Source: Nemertoderma westbladi (Eukaryota; Animalia; Xenacoelomorpha). Taken from it: DNA of 64,000 nt. The stretch lies in the NCBI GenBank assembly GCA_032718475.1, contig JAUCBJ010008928.1, forward strand, positions 62,001 to 126,000, given 5' to 3'. The position numbers and the translations under genes were made by a program. Within the stretch, counting starts at the first letter, position 1, and the number at the start of each line of letters is the position of its first letter. A model generated the notes under the pieces. It worked only from the letters and a program-made list of their open reading frames with translations, made no database searches and was not told where the DNA came from. Positions 13,157 to 24,186 of the stretch are shown in pieces.

Positions 13157-14160
13157 TGGGCTCCCTCTAATGATTCTGAGAGTACTCCTAAGTCATCAGC
13201 AAAGTCTAGATCAGTTAGGTACTTGGCAGGATTTCTTCGACTTCTGGAGCCAGTAGGTGGAGTTATCATCACCTCATCATCATTATGATGATCTAAGGAC
13301 ATGCGTAGAACATAGTCAACCACAATAATGAACAAGAATGGTGCAAGTGTATCTCCTTGGAGGACGCCCCATAACACTTTAAATGGTTCTGTGTCACCGT
13401 CAACAGTAGACACAAATGTTGTCGAACCATCGTATACTGATCTGATTGCTGCAATAATTTCATCAGGAATCCCATATAATGAAAGTATGCTGAACATACA
13501 TAAGCGAGAGACTGAATCAAAGGCCTTGAAGAAGTCAACAAAGATAACAGCCAGATGCCTGTCTTTCCTTTTTGATAATTCTTCAATTATCCTTCTAAGT
13601 GCCAAAATGGGCTCCATGGTCCCACGACCTTTACGGAACCCATTCTGATTTCAAAGGAACAGTCACTCAATGGGATCCCTGATGCGATTTAATACAATCC
13701 TATTGTATAGCTTTGCAGCAATCGAGATCAATGAGATTCCCCAAAAAGAACCATAGAGTGTTAGGTTGCCCTTCTTGGGAACTGGCACCAACTTATTTGT
13801 TTTCATTTCTTGTGGGACTCTTTTTGTTCGGTACATGTCTACTATGATGGGATAGATGAGCTTTAAACACTCAGGTATTTTAAAGACCTCAGGGAGAACA
13901 CCATCTTCTCCACTGGCACGATTGGTCTTAATGCTCTTTGTAGCAGCCTTCACTTCTGCAAAGGAGATATCACCAATGGGAATATCTGAGAGTACTTTTA
14001 CTTCTATAAAGCTATCAGGCAATACCCTGTCATTATTGAGGAGCTTTTCAAAGTGGGCTTTCCAACCATTGAGGTGATCGGCTGGTGATTCAGCCTTAAC
14101 CTTGGTGGTTGGTTGGCTTTTCCGCCCAGTAAGCAAATTGATCGATTTCCATGCCTGGGA
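13157..14160 (-). mobile_element. RTE-clade non-LTR retrotransposon RT fragment
   Basis: LVPVPKKGNL...GISLISIAAKLYN...NGFRKGR...VDFFKAFDSV...GVLQGDTLAPFLFIIVVDYVL...DLDFADDL, broken near 13660. Confidence 0.9.
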
Positions 14161-14568
14161 TGATTTGAGTCACAGTTGCTACCGGTAGACCCTTCCTCCG
14201 CTTACCTCAGTAATCAAGAAAGTTGAGGGGTTTACGATTATTTATCGGTATTCTCCAAATATAACATCCATTAATATAAACAGCAATTAACACAACATAA
14301 AACAGCATTAAAACAGTGCGGTGAACAGTCAGTATGTGTTCATGACATTCAGTATGATATGTGATATGATGTTACGATGTGATGCGGTTTGGTTTGGTCG
14401 TATATTGAGTTAATAGATTTATGTCCTTATAACTCCAGCCATCAGATGTTCTTGGGCCAAAGTCTGAAACAACCGTACTTAGTACAGAATTCTGAGAGGA
14501 ATCTGATTCTCAGAAAAACTATAACTGTGCATGCGCCAGTTTCCACAGGTAGGTCTCTACTGGCATGT
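14160..14568 (-). repeat. B-family LTR middle segment, copy without the element C insertion
   Basis: Near-identical to 16160-16490 plus 28537-28668. It contains the empty site AACTCCAGCCATCAG, and is homologous to the C LTR around TTATAAGGACA and the G-GTAAG donor. Confidence 0.8.
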
Positions 14569-14579
14569 AGAGAGCTGTA

Positions 14580-15000
14580 AGTACCGGTTCGGATCAGGCC
14601 TACAGTTTACCGTCCTACCGGTACGTTTTGGGTTTATTGCCTGCTGGGCAATAAGAGAAACAAAATCTATTAATGTTCGCGCTTTTAGACCTTTAGCAGT
14701 TTAACCTGCCAATTTAAATGTCTTTTTAATTATGAATCGACTTTTGCCCTTACCAATTACCTGGTGTACTGAATTTACATCCGCCGAAGCCAGTCCGTGC
14801 GCGGCCTATGACCCATGTTGTTCCAGATTCGGGTTCCAGAGGAAGTTATTGCGGTGTAGGCTACTTTATATTATTCGATTGAATGCTACTATATAATCTC
14901 TGACAACTATATTTACTTTCGGGGAAATATTAACAGTTCCTTTGGGACGTGGCGCTTTAAGTATAAAACAGAGTTATGACTTACACTAATCACAACTAGA
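14580..15000 (-). repeat. B-family LTR 3' end (U5) plus start of the internal region
   Basis: Minus strand GGTTAAACTGCTAAAGGTCTAAAAGCGCGAACA ends at 14674 and matches the C LTR end GGTTAAACTGCCAAAGGTCTGAAAGCGCGAACA. The upper boundary is approximate. Confidence 0.8.
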
Positions 15001-15247
15001 TGGCTACAGAGTATCGTAAATAGCGCATTCTTTAGGAGATGCTTTATTAACTTTCACACGACTTCACTCTACTTCACACTAATTTACACTAATTCACACT
15101 AATTTGCCGACCGTCACTGATTTATATCATATATGAGGAAGATTGCAACTGACACACGTAGGGATTATGAAATAGCATTTAATTCACACAAAACCATTAT
15201 AATTTGAGTCACTACTAGGATCGGCATGCTGCATTGCAGCTGCATTT

Positions 15248-15610
15248 TTAAGAATGCTGTGCTGGCTTGTCAACAAAATTGCACCGCCACAACTCCCTAT
15301 CACCCATGACATTTGCTAGATCATCCGCATCTTCAAGGCCAGTGTCCTTTAAGATGCGTCTCAAGAAAGTCATGGGCTGGCCACCATGCTTATTCACTCC
15401 ATGAGGCTGCCAAAGTACAAGATTATGCACTGGCTGGTCCTCACGGCGAAAGCAATGTCCTGCAAAGAGGAGGCGATTTTGTTCTAGTGTCAAGCTTGGG
15501 GAACCAATGAGACACCTCCAATGTTATATAGTGTCTGGTTGTAGATGTGTGCATTGTACTTGACACAATGAACCCGGCGTAACATTCTTGTGAATGTGCC
15601 ATCCAGAGAT
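15248..15610 (-). mobile_element. RTE-clade LINE 3' end
   Basis: LDGTFTRMLRRV...RLLFAGHCFRR...LVLWQP...VMGDRELWR. Confidence 0.8.
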
Positions 15611-15879
15611 TTTTATTATTGATAGTAACAATGTGTTGGCAAGCTGTATTTTTCGAGGTGTTTGTTATTATACATTTATTATAGGAAGGGATCTTGGGGT
15701 CTTAGCCTCGAATGATAAGTTTATTTTACCGAAAATAACTTATCTTTTATTGGCGCAATTGTAGGACTAATCCCATCACATGCGTACTTTTTAACCGGGT
15801 AGTGTACAAATTTAGGAATCGCGTAATTTTTTCTTGAAATTAATATCTCATATCTCTCCAAACCACGTACGCGTTTCGA

Positions 15880-16160
15880 GAACACCATCTTCTCCACTGG
15901 CACGATTGGTCTTAATGCTCTTTGCAGCAGCCTTCACTTCTGCAAAGGAGATATCGCCAATGGGAATATCTTGAGAGTACAGACTCAGACACTTTTACTT
16001 CTATAACGCTATCAGGCAATACCCTGTCATTATTGAGGAGCTTTTCAAAGTGGGCTTTCCAACCATTGAGGCGATCGGCTGGTGATTCAGCCTTAACCTT
16101 GGTGGTTGGTTGGCTTTTCCGCCCAGTAAGCAAATGGATCGATTTCCATGCCTGGGATGA
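15880..16160 (-). mobile_element. second copy of the RTE LINE pre-RT segment
   Basis: Near-identical to 13895-14160 (MLTGRKSQPTTKVKAESPAD...). Confidence 0.8.
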
Positions 16161-16490
16161 TTTGAGTCACAGTTGCTACCGGTAGACCCTTAATCCGCTT
16201 ACCTCAGTAATCAATAAAGTTGAGGGGTTTACGATTATTTATCGGTATTCTCCAAATATAACATCCATTAATATAAACAGCAATTAACACAATATAAAAC
16301 AGCATTAAAACAGTGCGGTAAAACAGGGTTCACCGCATCATACTGAACATATACATACTGACTGTTCACTGAACAGTCAGTATGACGTGTTCATGAAGTT
16401 CAGTATGATATGTGATATGATGTTACGATGTGATGCGGTTTGGTTTGGTCGTATATTGAGTTAATAGAATTACGTCCTTATAACTCCAGC

Positions 16491-17592
16491 TGTAAAAGCT
16501 TTTGCTGAATTGTCCGGTTATTTTTCCTTATTTTTCCTGTAAAATACTCTGTAGTTGGTTTACCAGGCATAAAAAGGCCGTGTCCTTGCTGTACTGGTGT
16601 TTTAGCGGACATAAAAGCTATTTCTTCTGTATTTGTACTTTAGAGGACATAATCCGTAATTCCGTGACGTAAAAGCTCGATACTCTTGAAAACAGTGTCG
16701 CTACCATGACGACGGCTAGCAGCTGATATTGCCACGTCGACGTTTCTTTGTTTCTTTGTTCTCTCGTTGTTCAGTGTTTTCAGTTTTTAGTCCTACACTA
16801 GTAGGCTTAATTATAAGGACATATATCCGTTATCTGATGTCTGATCACTGATGTCTGCATACTGCATACTGCAGTACTGCATACACTGCATACTGTGTAA
16901 CACTGTGCATACTTTTATATTGTTATACATGCTATTTACTGTCAGTTCTTCATAATATGGTTGATGAATTATTATATTTGGAATAACGACAAATAACCCC
17001 GAAAACCCAATATTCTTGATATACCGAAGGTAAGAGAGAAAGGTTACAGATAAATGATTGCGACCTATGTTGAGTGGTTTGAAGTGAATCTAATGTTATT
17101 TGATAGACCCTACATGATTCGGTCCGTGTTCCTTTTATATGTGACTAAAATCAGTGAAGATCGGCAGATCAGTGTGCAGTATTGTGCAGCATTGTGTATG
17201 AGTGAGACTGATAACGAAGCATTTCCTAAAGAATGCGCCATATATGTGAATTGTAACTAAGCCATATCGTTGTGAGTAGTTTAAGTCATAACTCTGTTTG
17301 TATAGATAGAGCGCCACGTCCTAAAGGAACTGTTAATATTTCCCGAAGGTGAATAATATTGTCAGAGATTATATAATACTGTCAGTCGAATAATACATTA
17401 AGCTTACATAGCAATAAAATTAAGCCGTCGAACCCAATCTCCCGGGTATATCCAGCGGGTGAATGATCGCGCACAGATTGGTTTCGACTAGTGTAGTGAA
17501 TTAAATACTTGTCATAGACTAAAGGTGATTTATTATCTAGAAGACATCCTAATTTGGTGGGTTAAACTGCCAAAGGTCTGAAAGCGCGAACA
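16491..17592 (+). repeat. 5' LTR of element C
   Basis: TGTAAAAGC...GCGCGAACA. Differs from the 3' LTR by a few SNPs and two short indels. Confidence 0.97.
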
Positions 17593-17631
17593 ATAACGGA
17601 TATAGCTTCTTTATTGCAGTAAGCAATAAAG
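17593..17631 (+). other. non-tRNA primer-binding site plus hairpin
   Basis: No TGG follows the LTR. ATAACGGATATA (17593-17604) is the exact reverse complement of LTR 16822-16833, and is followed by the hairpin CTTTATTGC-AGTAA-GCAATAAAG. Confidence 0.65.
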
Positions 17632-17957
17632 TTGAAAGTACCGGTCAACCGGTAAACCTGAAAAGGTACATCTGTAGGTCAGTAGGCCTAACTGCCAGAA
17701 CCGGTACTGCCGTAGGTCCGTAGGTCCAACTGCCAGAATCGGTACTTCAGTAGGTCGGTAGGCCTAACTGTCCTAACCGGTACTTCCCGTATAAGTACAG
17801 CAGTATTATTCGATTTGATTGTTATATACCAGTAGGTCTTAATAATTAATCGGGGACGCCTGGTTTTTATTGAGATTTTACTTATTTCTGTCAAGTTTTA
17901 TTTGTTTGTAGGCCAGTATTGAACAGAAGGCGTGTAAGCCTGATCAGATTGTACAGA

Positions 17958-18540
17958 CAATTTGTAGGCTGAGCTGTTGTCTGGCTGTTATTAAGTCTGA
18001 ACGGATTGCAGTGTGTGTAGATCATCTGTCCGATAAAGAACGGTTAGGAAGTAGGGGCAGCGAATGCTGTAAGGTAAACCCCCAACTAAAGAATAAGTCG
18101 TACTACTGGGTTAGAACGCATACTACCTAATTATTTCGGAGTCTGCATGTCCTGTAGTTTATTTAGGCTTGAGAGTAGTCTGCCATCGTTGAGTCTGTAC
18201 TTTGTTTGTGTAAGTCTGTACGGGTAGCGTATAATATTTATTTAGATAATTTGTAGGCTGGATAGTTGTCTGGCTGTTATTAGGTCTGAACGGATTGCAG
18301 CGTGTGTAGATCACTTGTCCGATAAAGAACGGTTAGGAAGTAGGGGCAGCGAATACTGTAAGGTAAACCCCCAACTAAAGAATAAGTCGTACTACTGGGT
18401 TAGAACGCATACTACCTAATTATTTCGGAGTCTGCATATACCGTAGTTTGTTTAGGCTTGATAGTAGTCTGTCAGTGTTTGGTCTGCATTTTGTTTGAGT
18501 AGTTTGTACGCGTAGCGTAATATTTATTATTCAGAGTTTA
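17958..18540 (+). repeat. about 290-bp tandem duplication in the element C leader
   Basis: 17958-18247 is repeated at 18248-18540. Each copy starts at an acceptor-like ATTTGTAG. Confidence 0.8.
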
Positions 18541-19968
18541 TGCGATTATTCGCAACATTCATTCCCCAAGTTTGTTCCTACAGTAATTGTGTTTGTTATA
18601 CATACCGCTATAGTTAAATTAACCCCGGTACTACACGGGCTGCTTGGCGTAGGTAAAGACTGGTGATTTTGTGCATCGGTCACTCCAGCAGATGCCGTGG
18701 TTCTTTTAGCTGTTCAAGTATATTTAACTACTGATTATATGTTGTACAAGTACTCGTACCTAATTTAGGGTTTAGTGTACAGTGCTTTCCGAAAGTAATT
18801 AGTGTAGGCATTACATTTGTGTTGTAAAGTGGTTGATAGGCACTTTCGATTAGCTCTATTAACTTCTAGGTAGGAACACTCCGTGATACATAACGTAGTA
18901 CCTATAGCGATACGGCTATAGGTCGTCAGGCGGTGGTATTTTCCTATCTGGACAACACAGTGTACTTACTACTACTTATTATTTTCAAATACCGTAGTAC
19001 CCTGTCCGTTGTAATTACCAGATTTCTAACCCTTTGTTAGGCTGGTTTGTAGACTTCTTGTAAAATTACCCTAAAAATTCGTATTTTGTGTTTTTTGTAA
19101 ATTTTTGTGTTTAGTTAGAGATTGTAATCTCAACCCGAATTGTACGTAATTTGTAGTATTAAGTAACTTAGGTAAATTAGAATCATTTGTTTTAGTGTCC
19201 TGTACGTAACACTTCACTGAAAGCGCACCGCTTTGTGTAGTGATTACTCCCCAGAAATAATAACATTTATTTCAACATTGACAAAACCCATTAAACGGGT
19301 ATATATATATTATAAATCAAATCTAACGATTTATAAATAGTAGGCCTGCCATACAACCATTAGGTCTCAATATCAGTTGGATTACTGCTCAAATAACGGT
19401 AATAAAGTAAGTAAGGTAACCAAGTAACCCTTGAAATTCAGAAATTCAGTTATTTAAAATAATTGATATATCGGTATTTACAATAGGCTTATTATATTTA
19501 TTTCTATAAATTTTAGGTTGAAATCATACCGGTATTCTGTAATTAATTCTAGTTTGTAATTATACTTATATATATACACTATAAGTGTAAACTGCATACC
19601 GGTATTTACGATAGGCCTATTATCTTTATTTCTATAAATTTAGGCTGAAATTATACCGGTACTTGTAATTAATTCTAGTCCAGAATTATATATACTACAA
19701 ACTGTAAGCTGTATACCGGTATTCCCGATAGGCCTATTATATATTTATATATATTTGTGCTAAAGTTATACCGGTATTCTGTGATAAACCTAGTCTGTAA
19801 TAATAGTTATATATACTATAAGCATACTGGTATTCTAATATATTATATATACCACGCTACACTGAGTAGTAGTACCGGTAATTAATTACTAGGCTAGCAG
19901 TTAATACTGAGTTACTAGACTTGCTCAGACTGTAATACAGCAGTAGACATTCAACTGTACACATAAGC

Positions 19969-22900
19969 ATGTCTGACGCAAAGCAGAACCTGTCAGACAG
20001 TCTACTAGATACAACCGAGAGCGAAGTGACAGCAGAGAGGCCGCGAAAGAGAGATGCCATTGACATCTATCTGTCAGACTATCAACGCTTTGTGGGAGAT
20101 GAAGAGTTGAGGAGAAGGCTGGAGGGGCTTAGCCCTAATAGTGAAGGAACCAAGCTTGTGCTGGACGCAATTGATGCGGAAATGTTAGCGGCGAACCAAG
20201 CTAAATTTGATGAACAACTCCGCCTGACACGAGTCCAAGAAGAACAAGTAAAGAAAAAACGTATAGAAGACCGAAAGGCAGTGGCAGTAGCAGCAGCAGT
20301 GGCAGCTGCAGAAGCAGAAAGAAAAGCGGCAGCGGCAGAGGCAGCGGCAGAGGCAAAAGCGGCAGTAGCAGCAGCAGTGGCAGCTGCAGAAGCAGAAAGA
20401 AAAGCGGCAGCGGCAGAGGCAGCGGCAGAGGCAAAAGCGACAGTAGCAGCGGCAGTGGCAGCTGCAGAAGCAGAAAGAAAAGTGGCAGCAGCAGACGTAG
20501 CGGCAGAGGCAAAAGCGGCGGAGGCAGTGGCAGAAGCCGAACGGAGAGCGACTGAAGAAACCACTCAATTAGAATTGGAAAACATTCAGGAGAATCAAGA
20601 CTGCATAAATAAACAGTTAACAGCTAGTAATATGCAGATGATGAATCGATCTACTCCCAAAAGACAGGGATATACATCATCTGAGGAAGGCGATACCACC
20701 GACACTGAAGGCGGAGGAAATCGATCCCGCCTAAGCAGACGTAAAAGAACATTCCACCGTCAGAAATTGCCTGATTTGCCTCCAGCTGTTAGAAGGCAAC
20801 TAAATAACACCAACTTAGAGAGTACAGAACCCACAGACCAAATAATTACAATAGAAAGACTCCCTACTATAGTAGATGAGCCTGAAATAAGTAGGCCTGT
20901 TCTTGAAATCACCCCTTCGGTAATAGATACACCTGTGCTCCCTGAAGCTACCTATAAATTCCCTCTGCATAGCACTAAGCTACCTGTGCCCCGTAGAACT
21001 GCCCAGGAGACAGTTCAGGTCCTGGACCCCGAGCGAAATATTCCAAATTTGTCGCCCGTTGTCCCTCGTCTGCCCGCTACGACGTTGGCGGATCCCGTTT
21101 CGGCGGTTGATTGGGTAGACGAGAGACGGCGGGGGATGGATATTCTCCTCGGAGAGATGAAGGAGAATCGGATACGCTCCTCCCAACAGGTCCGAGAGTT
21201 GGAAGGGACTGTCCAACATTTAAAGGGAACAGTGAGGGAAAGTAAGTTAGAGTTGCAAGAAGTGCAGCAAAATATCGCGCTAGAGCGCGATAAATTAGTA
21301 AATTTACAAAAGGGTATACCACCACCCCCTGTAACAATGTGTCAACCCGTTAGGTCTGAAGTAACTCATGCGCAAGGTGTGGAGCCTACACGCATTTATA
21401 CTGCTAGCGAAGTAGAAACTCCTATAGTGAACCCTATTAAGGGTAATTATAGACCTGTTGATAATGATATTCCCTATAGACCGGATCATAATCCGAGAAA
21501 TTTATATACCGATAATTCGATATTAAATAACACGATGGCCCAAGAAAGTTTTACGCATCAAATGGCTAGAACCGAAGCCCGGCAAGCGGTGAAGGTGGGA
21601 GAGATCGTCAAGTTCAATGGAGATGAGATGAAATGGTTACCTTTTAATGAATATTACAAAGATAACATACAGAACTCTGTACTATCTAACGGAGAGAAAC
21701 TTAGATTCCTCATCGAATGTTTGGAAGGACCTCCCAAGTCAATGGCGTTAAAATTTATTGGACATCCAGATGGATTAAGACAAGTTTGGGATACACTAAA
21801 CATCAGGTATGGTAATAGGACTAACATAGCTAGGTATTTATATGCGAAATTAATGGTGCCCCGAAAGTTTCTTAGCAGCGGGATTATAGAGTTTTCCGAT
21901 GAGATTCAGGAGATCTGTAGACAACTAGATTGGTTAGGTAAGTCTCATGAATACCAGAATTCTATGGTTGTAGGAGCCTTAGCATCTACTTTGCCCAAGG
22001 GTGGAGTAGGTACACGCTGGGACAAGAAGGTGTTATATATGATGGAACAACAACGACGAGACCCTACCATGACTGATCTCATGTCATTCTTAGATAGAGA
22101 AGTGAAATTACAGCTCCTAAGGCAGTCCAGAGAGAAGACATTGGAAAACAAGGTAAGTGAGAAACCCGTTTCTAGGAGAAGGGTAACACCAGTATGTTAT
22201 ACCGACGACGGTGAAAGCCAAACTTCTCAAGGAGAGGACAGCGGGAAAGACACTGACAGATCTTATTATGTCAATAAAATGCCTAAAGATCAGGTAAGTA
22301 AATCCGAGTCTCGACCCAATGACAGAAGGGAACCGGTACAAAAAACCCTTCCTACGTCTCCTAAAAGAATTCAGGTGAGAAAGCCCGAGGAAAGAACAAG
22401 TGTGCACCACATAGCACAGGTTAAAGTAAGTAACATCAAGCCGAAATGTGTGCTGTGCGACGGGCCCCACCGTTTAAATGCGTGTGATAAATTCCTGAGG
22501 AAATCACTAAAGGATAGACGTGAAGTCATGTGGGATAAGCGGTTGTGTTATAATTGCCTCAGACGAGGACACCAACGGCGAACCTGTAACTCCGACGCAA
22601 GGTGTGCAAAGTGCGGCGCAAAACATCATATCTTGTTGCACACGGAATTCGAACGAAACAGCCCGAGTCAGGTAAGTGAGTCCGAACTACATGTCCAATT
22701 CAGTGATGTGAACGACACTGATAAATCTGAGATGGAAGGATTCTATACAGACGAGTTCTCCGACCAAAACGAATCCTGTTACCTAATAAACACCACCGCA
22801 GCGTATCGAGTACTCGTGCATGAGAAAGACACAGACAGCGACCTTACCTTAACTACTTCCGATCAACAACCATCTTGGAAAGCGCCAACTTCCAATATAG

Positions 22901-24186
22901 GAATCCGAGAATTTCCTGTAGTCCAGTTACGGGTCCACGGACCTCAGAAGAGCTGTATAGTGAACGCCCTCCTGGACTCCGGTAGCACAGGAACATTCAT
23001 CGATAAAGAACTAGCCGAAGTCATCTTTGCTGGACAACCCAAGTTCCGAACCAAGCTAAACATGTCAGGGATCATGCAGGTTTGGAATTCTACTGTAGCT
23101 TCCGACTATTATATAGGTGAGTTGTCCACTCCACAGGATAAACTAGGAGAATACAGTATAAGGTCAGTAAAAATGGTGGCAATAAAGAACTTCGCTACTA
23201 CTCAAGCAGACCTTTATAATTGGGACGAGGATGAGAGCATCCAACATCTTAACATACCTCGATTCCAGACTGATTATCCTGGAGTGCAAGTACTCATCGG
23301 CCAAAACGCGCATGAGGCGCTGGAGACATTAGAGAAACGGCCTGCTCAACCGCAGCCCCTACAGACCTATGCGGTAAGAACTAGAGTAGGTTGGTACCTT
23401 ACTGGACCTTCCCGTAGAACGCTCAGGGAAAGACTGCTTCAAGATCGCGTCTGCCAGGTGAGTGAATGGGAAGATGATACTAGTGAGGGAGACGACCCAA
23501 CTGAGGGAACACCACACTCCTCAGATAATGACAATCTTAGCTCCAATGTAGATCAATGGAGATATTGCCCCAAGAAGTTTAATCCAACGGACATCGCTTA
23601 CAGAGGAGCAACTCCTCAAGAACTGACAGATACTATAGACCGGTTAGGTGAACCCGACTTCCTGAGTAAGGAGAATGAATGGCCTCCCCATCTTACTCCG
23701 ACTGAGATTAGACCAGCCAAGGGAGCGGAGAAAGTCGAACCTGAAACCCGGACGGGTGGATCGGAGTTATTTGAACCCGGGATAGATCTGTCGGTATTAC
23801 ATGTTGCCAGGGACGACGCCGTGGATCTGGGCCTCCCCTCCGCGAGTGGATCCTTCATGAAGATCAGAGAGAGCGATTGGAGCTCTGGAACATCAGACGT
23901 CTCGCAGGGACTCTCACCTCTCCTGCAGAGAGCGATGGACCACTATAGCTCCTGGAATCGGCTTTGTGACGCCGTCATATACTTTGAGCGATGTTTCTAT
24001 CGTCACTATTCCAGGACGAAGAGGAAACCTGGAATTGTATTCAGGATGCAGCGACACAATCACCCAGTCGGTCGTTTGTGTTTACCGGAAGGGAATGGAG
24101 GACTCTCCGGAAACTGTGGAAGGCAAGATTCTCTTCCCACGACCACCTCCCTAATCCTTCAAACATCTAGGGACTCCATAACGTAA
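19969..24186 (+). CDS. BEL/Pao Gag-aspartic protease fused in frame to short post-RNase H and integrase C-terminal remnants (1405 aa, no RT)
   Basis: Ala/Glu coiled-coil repeat (78-bp unit); KFNGDEMKW...EKLRFLIECL; knuckles CVLCDGPHRLNAC, CYNCLRRGHQRRTC and CAKCGAKHHILLH; ALLDSGS; YAVRTRVGWYLTGP. It then jumps to DQWRYCP...NPTD and KPGIVF...PVGRLCL. Confidence 0.93.
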   Translation: MSDAKQNLSDSLLDTTESEVTAERPRKRDAIDIYLSDYQRFVGDEELRRRLEGLSPNSEGTKLVLDAIDAEMLAANQAKFDEQLRLTRVQEEQVKKKRIEDRKAVAVAAAVAAAEAERKAAAAEAAAEAKAAVAAAVAAAEAERKAAAAEAAAEAKATVAAAVAAAEAERKVAAADVAAEAKAAEAVAEAERRATEETTQLELENIQENQDCINKQLTASNMQMMNRSTPKRQGYTSSEEGDTTDTEGGGNRSRLSRRKRTFHRQKLPDLPPAVRRQLNNTNLESTEPTDQIITIERLPTIVDEPEISRPVLEITPSVIDTPVLPEATYKFPLHSTKLPVPRRTAQETVQVLDPERNIPNLSPVVPRLPATTLADPVSAVDWVDERRRGMDILLGEMKENRIRSSQQVRELEGTVQHLKGTVRESKLELQEVQQNIALERDKLVNLQKGIPPPPVTMCQPVRSEVTHAQGVEPTRIYTASEVETPIVNPIKGNYRPVDNDIPYRPDHNPRNLYTDNSILNNTMAQESFTHQMARTEARQAVKVGEIVKFNGDEMKWLPFNEYYKDNIQNSVLSNGEKLRFLIECLEGPPKSMALKFIGHPDGLRQVWDTLNIRYGNRTNIARYLYAKLMVPRKFLSSGIIEFSDEIQEICRQLDWLGKSHEYQNSMVVGALASTLPKGGVGTRWDKKVLYMMEQQRRDPTMTDLMSFLDREVKLQLLRQSREKTLENKVSEKPVSRRRVTPVCYTDDGESQTSQGEDSGKDTDRSYYVNKMPKDQVSKSESRPNDRREPVQKTLPTSPKRIQVRKPEERTSVHHIAQVKVSNIKPKCVLCDGPHRLNACDKFLRKSLKDRREVMWDKRLCYNCLRRGHQRRTCNSDARCAKCGAKHHILLHTEFERNSPSQVSESELHVQFSDVNDTDKSEMEGFYTDEFSDQNESCYLINTTAAYRVLVHEKDTDSDLTLTTSDQQPSWKAPTSNIGIREFPVVQLRVHGPQKSCIVNALLDSGSTGTFIDKELAEVIFAGQPKFRTKLNMSGIMQVWNSTVASDYYIGELSTPQDKLGEYSIRSVKMVAIKNFATTQADLYNWDEDESIQHLNIPRFQTDYPGVQVLIGQNAHEALETLEKRPAQPQPLQTYAVRTRVGWYLTGPSRRTLRERLLQDRVCQVSEWEDDTSEGDDPTEGTPHSSDNDNLSSNVDQWRYCPKKFNPTDIAYRGATPQELTDTIDRLGEPDFLSKENEWPPHLTPTEIRPAKGAEKVEPETRTGGSELFEPGIDLSVLHVARDDAVDLGLPSASGSFMKIRESDWSSGTSDVSQGLSPLLQRAMDHYSSWNRLCDAVIYFERCFYRHYSRTKRKPGIVFRMQRHNHPVGRLCLPEGNGGLSGNCGRQDSLPTTTSLILQTSRDSIT

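Noticed and set aside
17054-17317. Small ORFs duplicated at 27998-28261
   Set aside because: They are identical only because they lie in the two LTRs, and they have no coding hallmarks.
20082-20568. Antisense Ala-, Cys- or Leu/Pro-rich ORFs
   Set aside because: They are shadows of the GCA-rich repeat in gag.
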